Assembly (NCBI GenBank): GCA_963931545.1
Contig: OZ007025.1
Coordinates: 740,312 to 804,311 of the forward strand
Direction of reading: 5' to 3'
Origin: an uncultured Bacilli bacterium
GTDB lineage: Bacteria; Bacillota_I; Bacilli_A; RF39; UBA660
Length of the DNA stretch: 64,000 bases
A model generated the notes under the pieces. It was given only the letters and a program-made list of their open reading frames with translations, was not told where the DNA came from and did no database searches. The stretch's first letter is position 1, and each line of letters begins with the position of its first letter. Both the position numbers and the translations under genes were made by a program. Below, piece after piece: positions 8,121 to 17,289 of this stretch.

Positions 8121-10655
8121 ATGAACAAGAAAATTTTATATTGCTTATTTTTTGTTATGGCTTTTTTAGCATTTACTTTTGATGTAGATGCTGCCACTTT
8201 AAAGGAAGGAATTTATACAATCAAAAGTGCTTTAGGTACTAATATGGTAATTGATGTAGATAATGCCGGAACACATAATAAAACCAACGTGCAACTTTAT
8301 TCTAGTAATGGAACAAATGCTCAAAAATGGTATGTGAAACCGGTTGGGGATGGTTATTATGAAATTATGACTATGCTTGATAATAATTTATCTTTAGATG
8401 TAGATAATGCTGGTAAATCCAACAAAACCAATGTACAAATATATACTAAAAATAACACTAATGCCCAAAGATGGTACATAAAGGATGCTGGTGGTGGATA
8501 CTATAACATTATTTCAAAATGTAATGGTTTATATATTGATGTAGATAATGCTGGAATACGTAATAAAACTAATATTCAGATGTGGAATGGTAATGGAACA
8601 AATGCTCAAAAATTTAGATTTGTTGAAGATTTAGTTGGTCAGCAAAGTTTAGAGGATGGAATTTATAAAATTTCTAGTTTTGCTGATTCTACAAAATCAT
8701 TAAGTATTAATGGGAATGCTACGCAAAATTCTAAGGTTGTATTAGCCGATAGTGATAGTTCAATTGAACAAATGTGGAGAATTAAATATTTAGGGAATGG
8801 ATATTACACTATAACTTCATATGCTAATGAATGGATGGTGCTTGATGTTAAGAATGGCAGCAGTGCAAATGGAACAGATACTCAGCTATATCAAAGCAAC
8901 GGTTCAAATGCTCAAAAGTGGATAATTAGAGAAGAAGATGGATATTATAGTCTAATTTCTGCTTTAGATCACATGTATGTCGACATTGAAGATGGTAATA
9001 TTAAAAGTGGCACAAGTATTCAAATATACCAAACAAATGGTTCAAATGCCCAAAAATTTATTTTTACTAAAATGGAAGAACCTAAAATAGCAAATGGCTA
9101 TTATACTTTTAATAGTGCTTTGGATAATAATAAAGTTATTGATGTAAATGCTATGATTGCAACCAATAACATTCAAACAATTTTAAATGAAAATAATAAT
9201 CTCAATTCTCAAAAGTGGTATATTGAATACATAGCAGATGGATATTATTCTATTAAATCAGCACTTAATAATAATTTTGTTTTAGATGTTAAAAATGGTG
9301 ACAAAGTTAATGGAACAAAGGTGCAAATTTATTCTTCTAATGGTAGTGAAGCGCAAAAGTGGTACATAAAAGATGCTGGTGATGGATATTATTATATAAT
9401 TGCTAAAAATAGTTATAAATATTTAGATATTGCTGATGGAAAGTCAGCGAATGGAATAAGCATTCAAATTTATACCGGTAATAAGACAAATGCTCAAAAA
9501 TTTAAATTGACTCCTACAACCGTTAATGAAAATGAAGCACCTACGCACATATACGAAGAGGGCTATTATACAATTAATTCTAAATTAGCTAATAATAAAG
9601 TTTTAGATGTTGACAATGCTAAAAAAGCAAACGGAACTAATGTCCAACTTTATCAGAGTAATAATTCAGTTGCTCAAATATGGTATTTAAAGAAATTAGA
9701 TAATGGATATTATGCAATCTTAAGTTCAATGAATCCAGAAGTTGCTTTAACAGCTGCAAGTGGAGATAGAACAAATGGTGTAAATGTTCAAATATCAAAA
9801 TATGCCGATTTAGATACTCAAAAGTGGGCTATTAAAAATGATGGAAAAGGCTATAATGTTATTGTTTCAAAAGCCAATGGTTTGAACATTGATGTATTAA
9901 ACGGAAATACTACAAATGGAACTAATATTCAACTTTATCAAAACACTTTATCTGATTCTCAGTTTTTCCAATTAAAAAAGTACGAAGGTCAGAAGGTTTA
10001 TACTGGTATTGATGTTTCACATCACCAAAACACTATAGACTGGGCTACAGTGGCAAAATCAGATATTGGTTTCGTTATAATTAGAGCGGGCTATGGTGGA
10101 AATTGGACTGACCAAGATGATAGGGAGTTTTTAAATAATGTTAAAGCTTGTGAAGAATATAATATCCCATATGGTTTATACTTATATTCCTATGCTAGTG
10201 AAATTGATAATGATGATTCTAGTGCTCAAAATGAAGCTAGGCATATGCTACGTTTAATTGATCAAATAGAACAATATAATTATTCACCAAATCTAGGTAC
10301 AAAAGTATTTATTGACATGGAAGATAATAGTGTTGTTAATGCAGGAAAAGAACAATTAACAAATGTCTCTGATACTTTCTGTTCACAAATCGAGGCAAAC
10401 GGTTATAGTTGTGGTATTTATGCCAATAAAACATGGCTTACTAATCATTTAAATGCTCAAGAATTAGTTAAAAAATATGATATTTGGCTTGCTGAATGGC
10501 TACCAGTACCTAGTCCAAGTTTTGGATATGCAAAAAATCAAAAGCCAACTTATAATTTAACTCCTTATAAATATTGGCAATTTGCTTCAGATGGACATTT
10601 AAACGGAATAAACGGAAATGTTGATTTTGATTTGGGTTATGATATTTTTGATTAG
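8121..10655 (+). CDS. Secreted GH25 muramidase fused to four ricin-type beta-trefoil lectin domains (12 QxW subrepeats)
   Basis: GGAGGGG RBS upstream of the ATG at 8121; the track start at 8106 has no RBS. Signal peptide present. Twelve ~45-aa subrepeats end in AQKW/AQRW/AQKF-type motifs. C-terminal GH25 motif GIDVSHHQNTIDWATVAKSDIGFVIIRAGYG (nt ~10000-10652). Confidence 0.8.
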   Translation: MNKKILYCLFFVMAFLAFTFDVDAATLKEGIYTIKSALGTNMVIDVDNAGTHNKTNVQLYSSNGTNAQKWYVKPVGDGYYEIMTMLDNNLSLDVDNAGKSNKTNVQIYTKNNTNAQRWYIKDAGGGYYNIISKCNGLYIDVDNAGIRNKTNIQMWNGNGTNAQKFRFVEDLVGQQSLEDGIYKISSFADSTKSLSINGNATQNSKVVLADSDSSIEQMWRIKYLGNGYYTITSYANEWMVLDVKNGSSANGTDTQLYQSNGSNAQKWIIREEDGYYSLISALDHMYVDIEDGNIKSGTSIQIYQTNGSNAQKFIFTKMEEPKIANGYYTFNSALDNNKVIDVNAMIATNNIQTILNENNNLNSQKWYIEYIADGYYSIKSALNNNFVLDVKNGDKVNGTKVQIYSSNGSEAQKWYIKDAGDGYYYIIAKNSYKYLDIADGKSANGISIQIYTGNKTNAQKFKLTPTTVNENEAPTHIYEEGYYTINSKLANNKVLDVDNAKKANGTNVQLYQSNNSVAQIWYLKKLDNGYYAILSSMNPEVALTAASGDRTNGVNVQISKYADLDTQKWAIKNDGKGYNVIVSKANGLNIDVLNGNTTNGTNIQLYQNTLSDSQFFQLKKYEGQKVYTGIDVSHHQNTIDWATVAKSDIGFVIIRAGYGGNWTDQDDREFLNNVKACEEYNIPYGLYLYSYASEIDNDDSSAQNEARHMLRLIDQIEQYNYSPNLGTKVFIDMEDNSVVNAGKEQLTNVSDTFCSQIEANGYSCGIYANKTWLTNHLNAQELVKKYDIWLAEWLPVPSPSFGYAKNQKPTYNLTPYKYWQFASDGHLNGINGNVDFDLGYDIFD

Positions 10656-10684
10656 AACAAATAAATATTTATTTGTTCTTTTTT
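10655..10684 (+). terminator. Rho-independent terminator of the GH25 gene
   Basis: Perfect palindrome GAACAAATAAA/TTTATTTGTTC followed by T6. Confidence 0.8.
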
Positions 10685-10686
10685 GT

Positions 10687-10722
10687 AATAAAAATCGTTA
10701 ATACAGTAATCTTTCAAAAAAT
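10687..10722. repeat. Direct repeat copy A (AATAAAAATC...AATCTTTCAAAAAAT)
   Basis: The 15-mer AATCTTTCAAAAAAT (10708-10722) and the 10-mer AATAAAAATC recur at 11116-11144. Confidence 0.6.
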
Positions 10723-11115
10723 CGTGAATTTTTAGACTAAATGCAGGTTTATGAAGTAACATTTAATTTACAAGACTTATTGCTACTTTGGAATATAAAA
10801 GCGGAAATAAGTCTTTTAATTTCGTCTAATATTAGCTAGTATTACTTAAATTTTTGCACGACAAAATTAAGGAGGTTATTTCCGTTTTTCATACTAATTT
10901 CTGTTTTTTTAATATTATTAAAGCAATTGAATAATCATAGGATGTATGTATTTATAGATTACAAACAAAGCCAGCTTTGTTTGTATTAAGTATTATAATC
11001 AATAAAATGTAAAAATCAAGGGTTTTATAAACTCACTGTCGTTCACCCTTGATTTTACTTTTTATTGTACTATATTCAAACTTATTTCAGTTTTTTGCCA
11101 TAAAACGGAATTTCA

Positions 11116-11144
11116 AATAAAAATCTACGAATCTTTCAAAAAAT
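11116..11144. repeat. Direct repeat copy B (AATAAAAATC...AATCTTTCAAAAAAT)
   Basis: Identical 15-mer at 11130-11144 and 10-mer at 11116-11125, just upstream of the operon -35. Confidence 0.6.
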
Positions 11145-11156
11145 ATACTGCGTTTG

Positions 11157-11185
11157 TTGATAAAATAAATTGTTTTTGCTATACT
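11157..11185 (+). promoter_or_regulatory. Sigma-A-like promoter of the glycopolymer operon
   Basis: TTGATA (11157-11162), 17-nt spacer, TGcTATACT extended -10 (11177-11185). Confidence 0.55.
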
Positions 11186-11208
11186 TAATCTGGTAGAGGT
11201 GTGAGTTT

Positions 11209-12144
11209 ATGAAGAAAATTTCGTTAGTTGTTCCTTGTTATAATGAAGAGGAAGTAATTAAAATATTTTATGCAGAAATTCAGAAAATTAAAAAGGATTT
11301 TAAAAACGTAACATTCGAAATTATTTTTGTTAATGATGGTTCTAAAGATAAAACACTAGAACTAATGAGAGAATTATCTAAAAATGATGATGTAAGATAT
11401 GTTTCTTTTTCAAGAAACTTTGGCAAAGAAGCAGCAATGTATGCTGGGCTTGAAGCATCAACAGGAGATTATATTGCTATTATGGATGCTGACCTGCAAG
11501 ATCCCCCAGCACTTCTAAAAGAAATGTATGAAATATTAGAGTCTAAAGAATATGACAGTGTTGCTACAAGAAGAGTAACTCGTAAGGGTGAGCCAGTAAT
11601 CCGTAGCTTTTTTGCAAGACTATATTATAAATTAATAAATAAAATCTCTAAAACAGAAATAGTTGATGGTGCAAGAGATTTTAGATTAATGACAAGACAA
11701 ATGGTTAATTCTGTTTTATCATTAAAAGAATATAATAGATTTTCTAAAGGTATTTTTTCTTGGGTAGGGTATAGAACAAAATGGCTTGAATATGAAAATG
11801 TTGAAAGAGCAGCAGGAGAGACTAAATGGTCTTTTTGGAAATTATTTTTGTACTCTTTAGAAAGTATTGTAGCTTTTTCTACAGTGCCACTTTCTATTGC
11901 TTCTGTTATGGGAATATTATTTTGTTTTGTAGCTTTTATTATAATAATTTTTGTAATTGTAAGAACACTTATGTATGGTGATCCAACAAGTGGATGGCCA
12001 AGCATGGTTTGTATTATGTTTTTCATAGGTGGAGTTCAATTACTCTGTCTCGGAATCATGGGTCAATACTTATCTAAAACATATTTAGAAGTAAAGAAAA
12101 GACCAATTTATATTGTTCAGGAAACAGAAAAGGATAGGAAATAA
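11209..12144 (+). CDS. GT2 polyprenyl-phosphate glycosyltransferase (GtrB/CsbB/ArnC-like)
   Basis: 311 aa. Motifs SLVVPCYNEE, FVNDGSKD and MDADLQDPP, plus two C-terminal TM helices. Confidence 0.85.
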   Translation: MKKISLVVPCYNEEEVIKIFYAEIQKIKKDFKNVTFEIIFVNDGSKDKTLELMRELSKNDDVRYVSFSRNFGKEAAMYAGLEASTGDYIAIMDADLQDPPALLKEMYEILESKEYDSVATRRVTRKGEPVIRSFFARLYYKLINKISKTEIVDGARDFRLMTRQMVNSVLSLKEYNRFSKGIFSWVGYRTKWLEYENVERAAGETKWSFWKLFLYSLESIVAFSTVPLSIASVMGILFCFVAFIIIIFVIVRTLMYGDPTSGWPSMVCIMFFIGGVQLLCLGIMGQYLSKTYLEVKKRPIYIVQETEKDRK

Positions 12145-12169
12145 ATAAGAATATTGTAGGGGATGTATT

Positions 12170-13654
12170 ATGGAAAAAATAATGAGTCGTATTATTAATA
12201 TTGTTTTTGTACTTGTTTTTGGTTTTATCATTTTAGGTGGATTATTTTTTAAAAATAGATTATATGGCTCTAGTAACCAATTAATAATAATTGCATCAAC
12301 ATTACTATGGGGTGTTTTACTATTTGTTTTATTTAAGAAAATCAGTAAGACAAAAGAAATATCAAATAAAAAGAAGAATATCATTTTAGCCTGCTTTTTT
12401 ATTATATTTTTTATCATTCAGTTGATTGTTGCAAAACAATTACAAGTAATTCCTTCATGGGATTTTGGTAATAACTATCAGGCGGCCAAGAGTTTTGCTA
12501 CAAATGGTGATTTATATTTAAATTATGTTTATCCAAATAATTATTTTCTTACATTTTGTTTAGCCATTGTTTATAAAATTTCTAGTATTTTGGGATATTT
12601 TGATTTTGAAACATTATCTATTATTATTAATATAATTTTTATTGATTTGTCCATTTTTTTAATCTATTTAATTGCTAAAAAATTAATTGGAACAAACTAT
12701 GCATTATTTGCAACATTTATGTGTTTATTTATATCACCATTTTTGCTTTATACTCCAATTTTTTACACGGATACATTATCTATGTTTGTTCCAGTCCTTA
12801 TGTTTTATATTTTTATTAACATTAATGAGAATAATTCAAAAAAGAAAAATATATTATTGCTTATCTGTTTGGGAGTTGTTACTTTTATTGGCTACAAATT
12901 AAAAGGAAGTACATTTGTTACAATTATTGCAATGTTTATTATTTGGCTTTTTCAAAATTCATCAATTAAAGAAAAGATATTTAAAATTTTAATTCCAACT
13001 TTTATTGTAATTATTCTCATGATAAGCTATAACATAGTTTTAAACATAGCGCTTCCAAACCTCGAAAAGTATGAAGATCATAACTTACCAATAACGCATT
13101 ACCTAATGATGGGTCTTAATGATGAGGGACTTATATATGGTGGCTTTAGTCAAACTGATTTCACTAACACAAGCCATTCAAAAGATAAAGTGGCGTATAA
13201 TTTAGAAGTTATAAAAGAACGTATTTCAAAAAGGAAAATCTGGGGAAATATTAAATTTTATGCAATAAAGACATTGGATACTTGGGCTGATGGAAATTAC
13301 TTTGCTTCAGAAAAACTAAATAGAAAACCAATCAATAATTCGCCATTGCATGCCATAGTTTTACCTAATGGAAAATATTTTGATGTTTGTTTTAACTTTT
13401 ATACAGGAATTGTTTTGGCTATGTATGTTTTTATGCTTATTAGTTGTGTCGTTGACTTAAAAAATAAAACAAATTTACTTGATAATAAGACTTTATTAAG
13501 ATGTGTATTATTAGGAATATGGTTATTCTTATTAATATGGGAAACCAGATCTAGATATTTAGTTGATTTTGTACCCATAATGATAGTTTTAACGGTTTTG
13601 TCTTTATATAGTATTGTTAATTTTGAAAAAAACAAATTAACAAACAAGGAGTGA
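12170..13654 (+). CDS. Polytopic GT-C-type membrane glycosyltransferase (ArnT/PMT-like)
   Basis: 494 aa with more than 10 TM helices. Translationally close to the GtrB-like gene. Confidence 0.5.
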   Translation: MEKIMSRIINIVFVLVFGFIILGGLFFKNRLYGSSNQLIIIASTLLWGVLLFVLFKKISKTKEISNKKKNIILACFFIIFFIIQLIVAKQLQVIPSWDFGNNYQAAKSFATNGDLYLNYVYPNNYFLTFCLAIVYKISSILGYFDFETLSIIINIIFIDLSIFLIYLIAKKLIGTNYALFATFMCLFISPFLLYTPIFYTDTLSMFVPVLMFYIFININENNSKKKNILLLICLGVVTFIGYKLKGSTFVTIIAMFIIWLFQNSSIKEKIFKILIPTFIVIILMISYNIVLNIALPNLEKYEDHNLPITHYLMMGLNDEGLIYGGFSQTDFTNTSHSKDKVAYNLEVIKERISKRKIWGNIKFYAIKTLDTWADGNYFASEKLNRKPINNSPLHAIVLPNGKYFDVCFNFYTGIVLAMYVFMLISCVVDLKNKTNLLDNKTLLRCVLLGIWLFLLIWETRSRYLVDFVPIMIVLTVLSLYSIVNFEKNKLTNKE

Positions 13655-13655
13655 A

Positions 13656-15041
13656 ATGATTATGCAAAAATTAAAACACTTTTTTATATATTTTCTATTA
13701 TTTTTATTCGGATTAACTTTTGTTAGATCTTTAATTACATATCCAATAATATCAATAGCTTGTTTAAGTTTTATAATATGGTTTGGATATAAGTTTGAGA
13801 TACCCAAATTTGGAATTTTTATATTTTTAATGGCATTAATCTTAAGAATTGCTGTAGTTATATTATTTGACACCCCAATTATTAGTGATTATTCAGTGAT
13901 GTTTAATACCGCAAAAGAAATTGTTTCCGGCAATTTAACTGCAGCCGCAAATTCAGAATATATGTTACGTTGGGGTTATCAAATGGGCTATACTTTATTT
14001 ATGTCCTTGTTATTATTTATTTGTAACAATGTTTTGTTTATAAAAATTGTTAATTGTATTTTTACTTCGTTAATTGTTTTATTAATATATTTAATAACAA
14101 AGGAAATTACAAATAAGAAAGTAGCAAGAATAATCAGCTTAATATATATAGTTTTTCCATTTCCACTTTTATTTAACACAGTTTTAAGTAACCAGCACAT
14201 TTCATCGTTTTTCTTTTTATTAGCTATTTATATTTTTATTTCCAAAAAATTTAAACAAATAAATATTAATTTAAGATATTTGCTTATTGGAGTATGTTTA
14301 GCTGTAGGTAATATTATTCGCCCAGAAGCAATTATATTTATCATGTCCATTTTATTATTTTTGATTTTAACAACAAAAAAAGAAGATGTGGTAAAAATGG
14401 GCAAAAACTTTGGAATTTTAATTTTAGTTTATTTAATAATAACAACAACTTCTTCTTTTATTGTAACGAAAACCGGTATTAGCCCAAGTGGTTTTAAAAA
14501 TACTGAGCCTTTATGGAAATTTACTGTTGGTTTAAATCCAGAAACAAAAGGTGATTATAACGCGCAATTATCTGAAAAGTTTAACGAAGAAAGTAACGAA
14601 GAACATTTAAAAAGATTATACAATTATACAATTGGATCATTAGATAAATTGCCATCATTATTTATGTATAAAGCTCAACATTTTTGGATTGAAAGTGATT
14701 TGGGATGGTCTTTGTTTTATCTGTCTGGAAAATCAATAAATGTTTTGAATCAAAAAATAAAAGCTGATAGTCTTATTGCTTTATTTTATTCATTTAATCA
14801 GTTAATAATTTATATTATATTTATTTTTGCGATTATTGCAATTATTCTTAAACGCAAAAATATGTCAAGAACACAATTATTCTTTTTAATTATTTTACTA
14901 GTTTATTTTGGAGTATATTTATTGATTGAAAGCACGCCACGATATGCATATACCGCACAAATTTTTCTGTTTTTAATGAGTATGTATACGGTTGAATATT
15001 TATTGAATTGCTATCAAAAAAAGAAAGTAAAAAAATCGTGA
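13656..15041 (+). CDS. Second polytopic GT-C-type membrane glycosyltransferase (ArnT/PMT-like)
   Basis: 461 aa with more than 10 TM helices. AAGGAG RBS lies within the preceding stop region. Confidence 0.5.
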   Translation: MIMQKLKHFFIYFLLFLFGLTFVRSLITYPIISIACLSFIIWFGYKFEIPKFGIFIFLMALILRIAVVILFDTPIISDYSVMFNTAKEIVSGNLTAAANSEYMLRWGYQMGYTLFMSLLLFICNNVLFIKIVNCIFTSLIVLLIYLITKEITNKKVARIISLIYIVFPFPLLFNTVLSNQHISSFFFLLAIYIFISKKFKQININLRYLLIGVCLAVGNIIRPEAIIFIMSILLFLILTTKKEDVVKMGKNFGILILVYLIITTTSSFIVTKTGISPSGFKNTEPLWKFTVGLNPETKGDYNAQLSEKFNEESNEEHLKRLYNYTIGSLDKLPSLFMYKAQHFWIESDLGWSLFYLSGKSINVLNQKIKADSLIALFYSFNQLIIYIIFIFAIIAIILKRKNMSRTQLFFLIILLVYFGVYLLIESTPRYAYTAQIFLFLMSMYTVEYLLNCYQKKKVKKS

Positions 15042-15069
15042 TAAAAGTAAATAAGTCTTCTTGGTTTAT

Positions 15070-15099
15070 TTGCTTTTATTTTTGTATATATGTTATAAT
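15070..15099 (+). promoter_or_regulatory. Internal promoter upstream of glf
   Basis: TTGCTT, 18-nt spacer, TGtTATAAT extended -10 (15091-15099). Confidence 0.4.
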
Positions 15100-15140
15100 G
15101 AATAAGACATAATATTACAATTTTTGAAAGGTGGATAATA

Positions 15141-16316
15141 ATGAATTTTGATTATATTGTTGTAGGTGCTGGCTTTGCTGGTGCAACTATCGCAGAAAGG
15201 GTTGCTAATGAATTAAATAAAAAAGTATTAGTAATTGATAAAAGAGACAATATTGGTGGTAATATGTATGATTATATTGATGAAAATGGTATATTAATAC
15301 ATAAGTATGGACCACATTTATTTCATACAAATTTAGAAAATGTTTACAATTATTTAAAAGACTTTGGTGAATGGTTTTTCTATGAACATAGAGTTCTAGG
15401 TAAAGTTAATGGTAAAATTGTACCAATTCCATTCAACATTACTTCAATAGAAAAAAGCTTTGATAAAGAAAAAGCTGATAAACTAATTGGAATTTTAAAA
15501 AAAGAATTTGGTACAGAAAAGAAAATTCCAATTTTAGAACTTCGTAAATATCCAGATAAAGACATTAATGAACTCGCAGAATATATTTATGAGAACGTTT
15601 TCTTATATTATACAATGAAACAATGGGGACAAACTCCAGATGAAATAGATCCTAATGTAACAAATAGAGTTCCAGTATTTGTTTCAAAAGATGATCGTTA
15701 TTTTCAAGATAAATATCAATTTATGCCAAAAGGTGGATACACTAAAGTATTTGAAAAAATGTTGGATAGTAAAAATATTGAAGTAAGATTAGGTGTAGAT
15801 GCTAAAGAAGTTTTAACTGTTAAAGATAATAAGATTTATTTTGAAGGTAAAGAATTTAAAGGTACTGTTATTTATACAGGCGCAATTGATGAATTTTTTG
15901 ATTATGAATATGGATCTTTACCTTATAGATCATTGGAGTTTGAATTTGAAACAATTAATAAAGAATATTTCCAAGAAGTTGGTACAGTTAATTATCCAAC
16001 TAAGGAAGATAAATTTACAAGAATTACTGAATTTAAGCATATGACAATGGAAAATGCGAAAACACCTAAAACTACAATCATGCGTGAATATCCATGTGCC
16101 TATGATAGAAATAGTGAGAAAGCAAATATTCCATATTATCCAATAGTTAATGATGATAATCTTGAATTATATAATAAATATTTAGAAAAAGCATCTAAAA
16201 TTTCCAATTTTTATCTAATAGGAAGACTTGCTCAATATAAGTATTTCAATATGGATTTAGTTATTAATGAAGCATTGAAATTATTTGAACGACTAAAGGA
16301 GGAAAACAATGGCTAA
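15141..16316 (+). CDS. glf: UDP-galactopyranose mutase
   Basis: 391 aa. N-terminal FAD fold DYIVVGAGFAGATIAER...IGGNMYD and full-length Glf-like sequence. Confidence 0.9.
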   Translation: MNFDYIVVGAGFAGATIAERVANELNKKVLVIDKRDNIGGNMYDYIDENGILIHKYGPHLFHTNLENVYNYLKDFGEWFFYEHRVLGKVNGKIVPIPFNITSIEKSFDKEKADKLIGILKKEFGTEKKIPILELRKYPDKDINELAEYIYENVFLYYTMKQWGQTPDEIDPNVTNRVPVFVSKDDRYFQDKYQFMPKGGYTKVFEKMLDSKNIEVRLGVDAKEVLTVKDNKIYFEGKEFKGTVIYTGAIDEFFDYEYGSLPYRSLEFEFETINKEYFQEVGTVNYPTKEDKFTRITEFKHMTMENAKTPKTTIMREYPCAYDRNSEKANIPYYPIVNDDNLELYNKYLEKASKISNFYLIGRLAQYKYFNMDLVINEALKLFERLKEENNG

Positions 16317-17289
16317 AGTATCTATTATTGTTCCGATATATAATGTTGAAAAATATTTACCAAAATGTTTAGATAGTTTAATTAATCAAACATTTAAAGA
16401 TATAGAAATTTGGGCTATTAGTGATGGTTCACCAGATAATAGTGTTTCTATTATCAAAGAATATGCAAAAAAAGATAGTAGAGTAAAATGCATTGAAAAA
16501 GAAAATGGTGGATATGGTTCTGTTTTAGAATATGCTATTCAAAATATTACAACTGAATATTTTTTAATTTGTGATCCAGATGATTGGTTAGCTGAAAATG
16601 CTATTGAAACTTTATATAATTTAGCAATTAATGATGATTTGGATTTAGTAGTAGGATCTAAATATTTGGTTTACAATGATGATAACGAAGAAGTATATGA
16701 TAAAAGTATGGAACCATTTTGCCGAGTTATTCCAAACAAAGTTTATGTTGACAATATAGGAGAATTTGCATTTTTACATGTATCTCCTCATTCTAAATTA
16801 TATAAAACTTCTGTTGCAAAAGATATTTCTTTTCCTAAAAAGGTTAGTTTTACAGATTTATTGCTTTATATTTTAGCACTTACTAACGTTAAAAAAGCCT
16901 TATACACTGATCAAGCATTATCATATTATTTAGTAGATAGGCCGGGTAATTCTATGACTGATGTTAAGCCAAGAATTTTTGACTATCATATTACAGTTTT
17001 TAATTCTATTGTTGCTCAATTAAATCAAAAGAAAAACACATCTGATTTATTATATACAAGAATGTATTATCAATTCAGAAGCATATGTAGATTATATAAA
17101 AATGTAAGTGATGTAGATATAAAAAGACAATACTATAATAAAATAATGAACCTCTTAAATTTAATTTATGATCAAAGGAAAAGGGTATGCAAGGGAATGT
17201 TTTATGGCTCTTTTAAAGATAAATTGTTTTGCAGATTAATTTTTAATAAAATTACAAGAAAACATTTTTTTGATAGAGTGGTGTTGTAA
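16309..17289 (+). CDS. GT2 glycosyltransferase
   Basis: 326 aa. Motifs VSIIVPIYNVEKYL and DPDDW. AGGAGG RBS, with an 8-nt overlap with glf. Confidence 0.8.
   Translation: MAKVSIIVPIYNVEKYLPKCLDSLINQTFKDIEIWAISDGSPDNSVSIIKEYAKKDSRVKCIEKENGGYGSVLEYAIQNITTEYFLICDPDDWLAENAIETLYNLAINDDLDLVVGSKYLVYNDDNEEVYDKSMEPFCRVIPNKVYVDNIGEFAFLHVSPHSKLYKTSVAKDISFPKKVSFTDLLLYILALTNVKKALYTDQALSYYLVDRPGNSMTDVKPRIFDYHITVFNSIVAQLNQKKNTSDLLYTRMYYQFRSICRLYKNVSDVDIKRQYYNKIMNLLNLIYDQRKRVCKGMFYGSFKDKLFCRLIFNKITRKHFFDRVVL

Noticed and set aside
10871-10877. Strong AAGGAGG as the RBS of a missed small gene
   Set aside because: No ATG, GTG or TTG lies at a usable distance downstream, and the following frames hit stops quickly.
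11625-12417. Antisense ORFs 11625-12026 and 12085-12417
   Set aside because: They are embedded antisense to the well-supported GtrB-like and GT-C genes. Their products are low-complexity and they lack an RBS.
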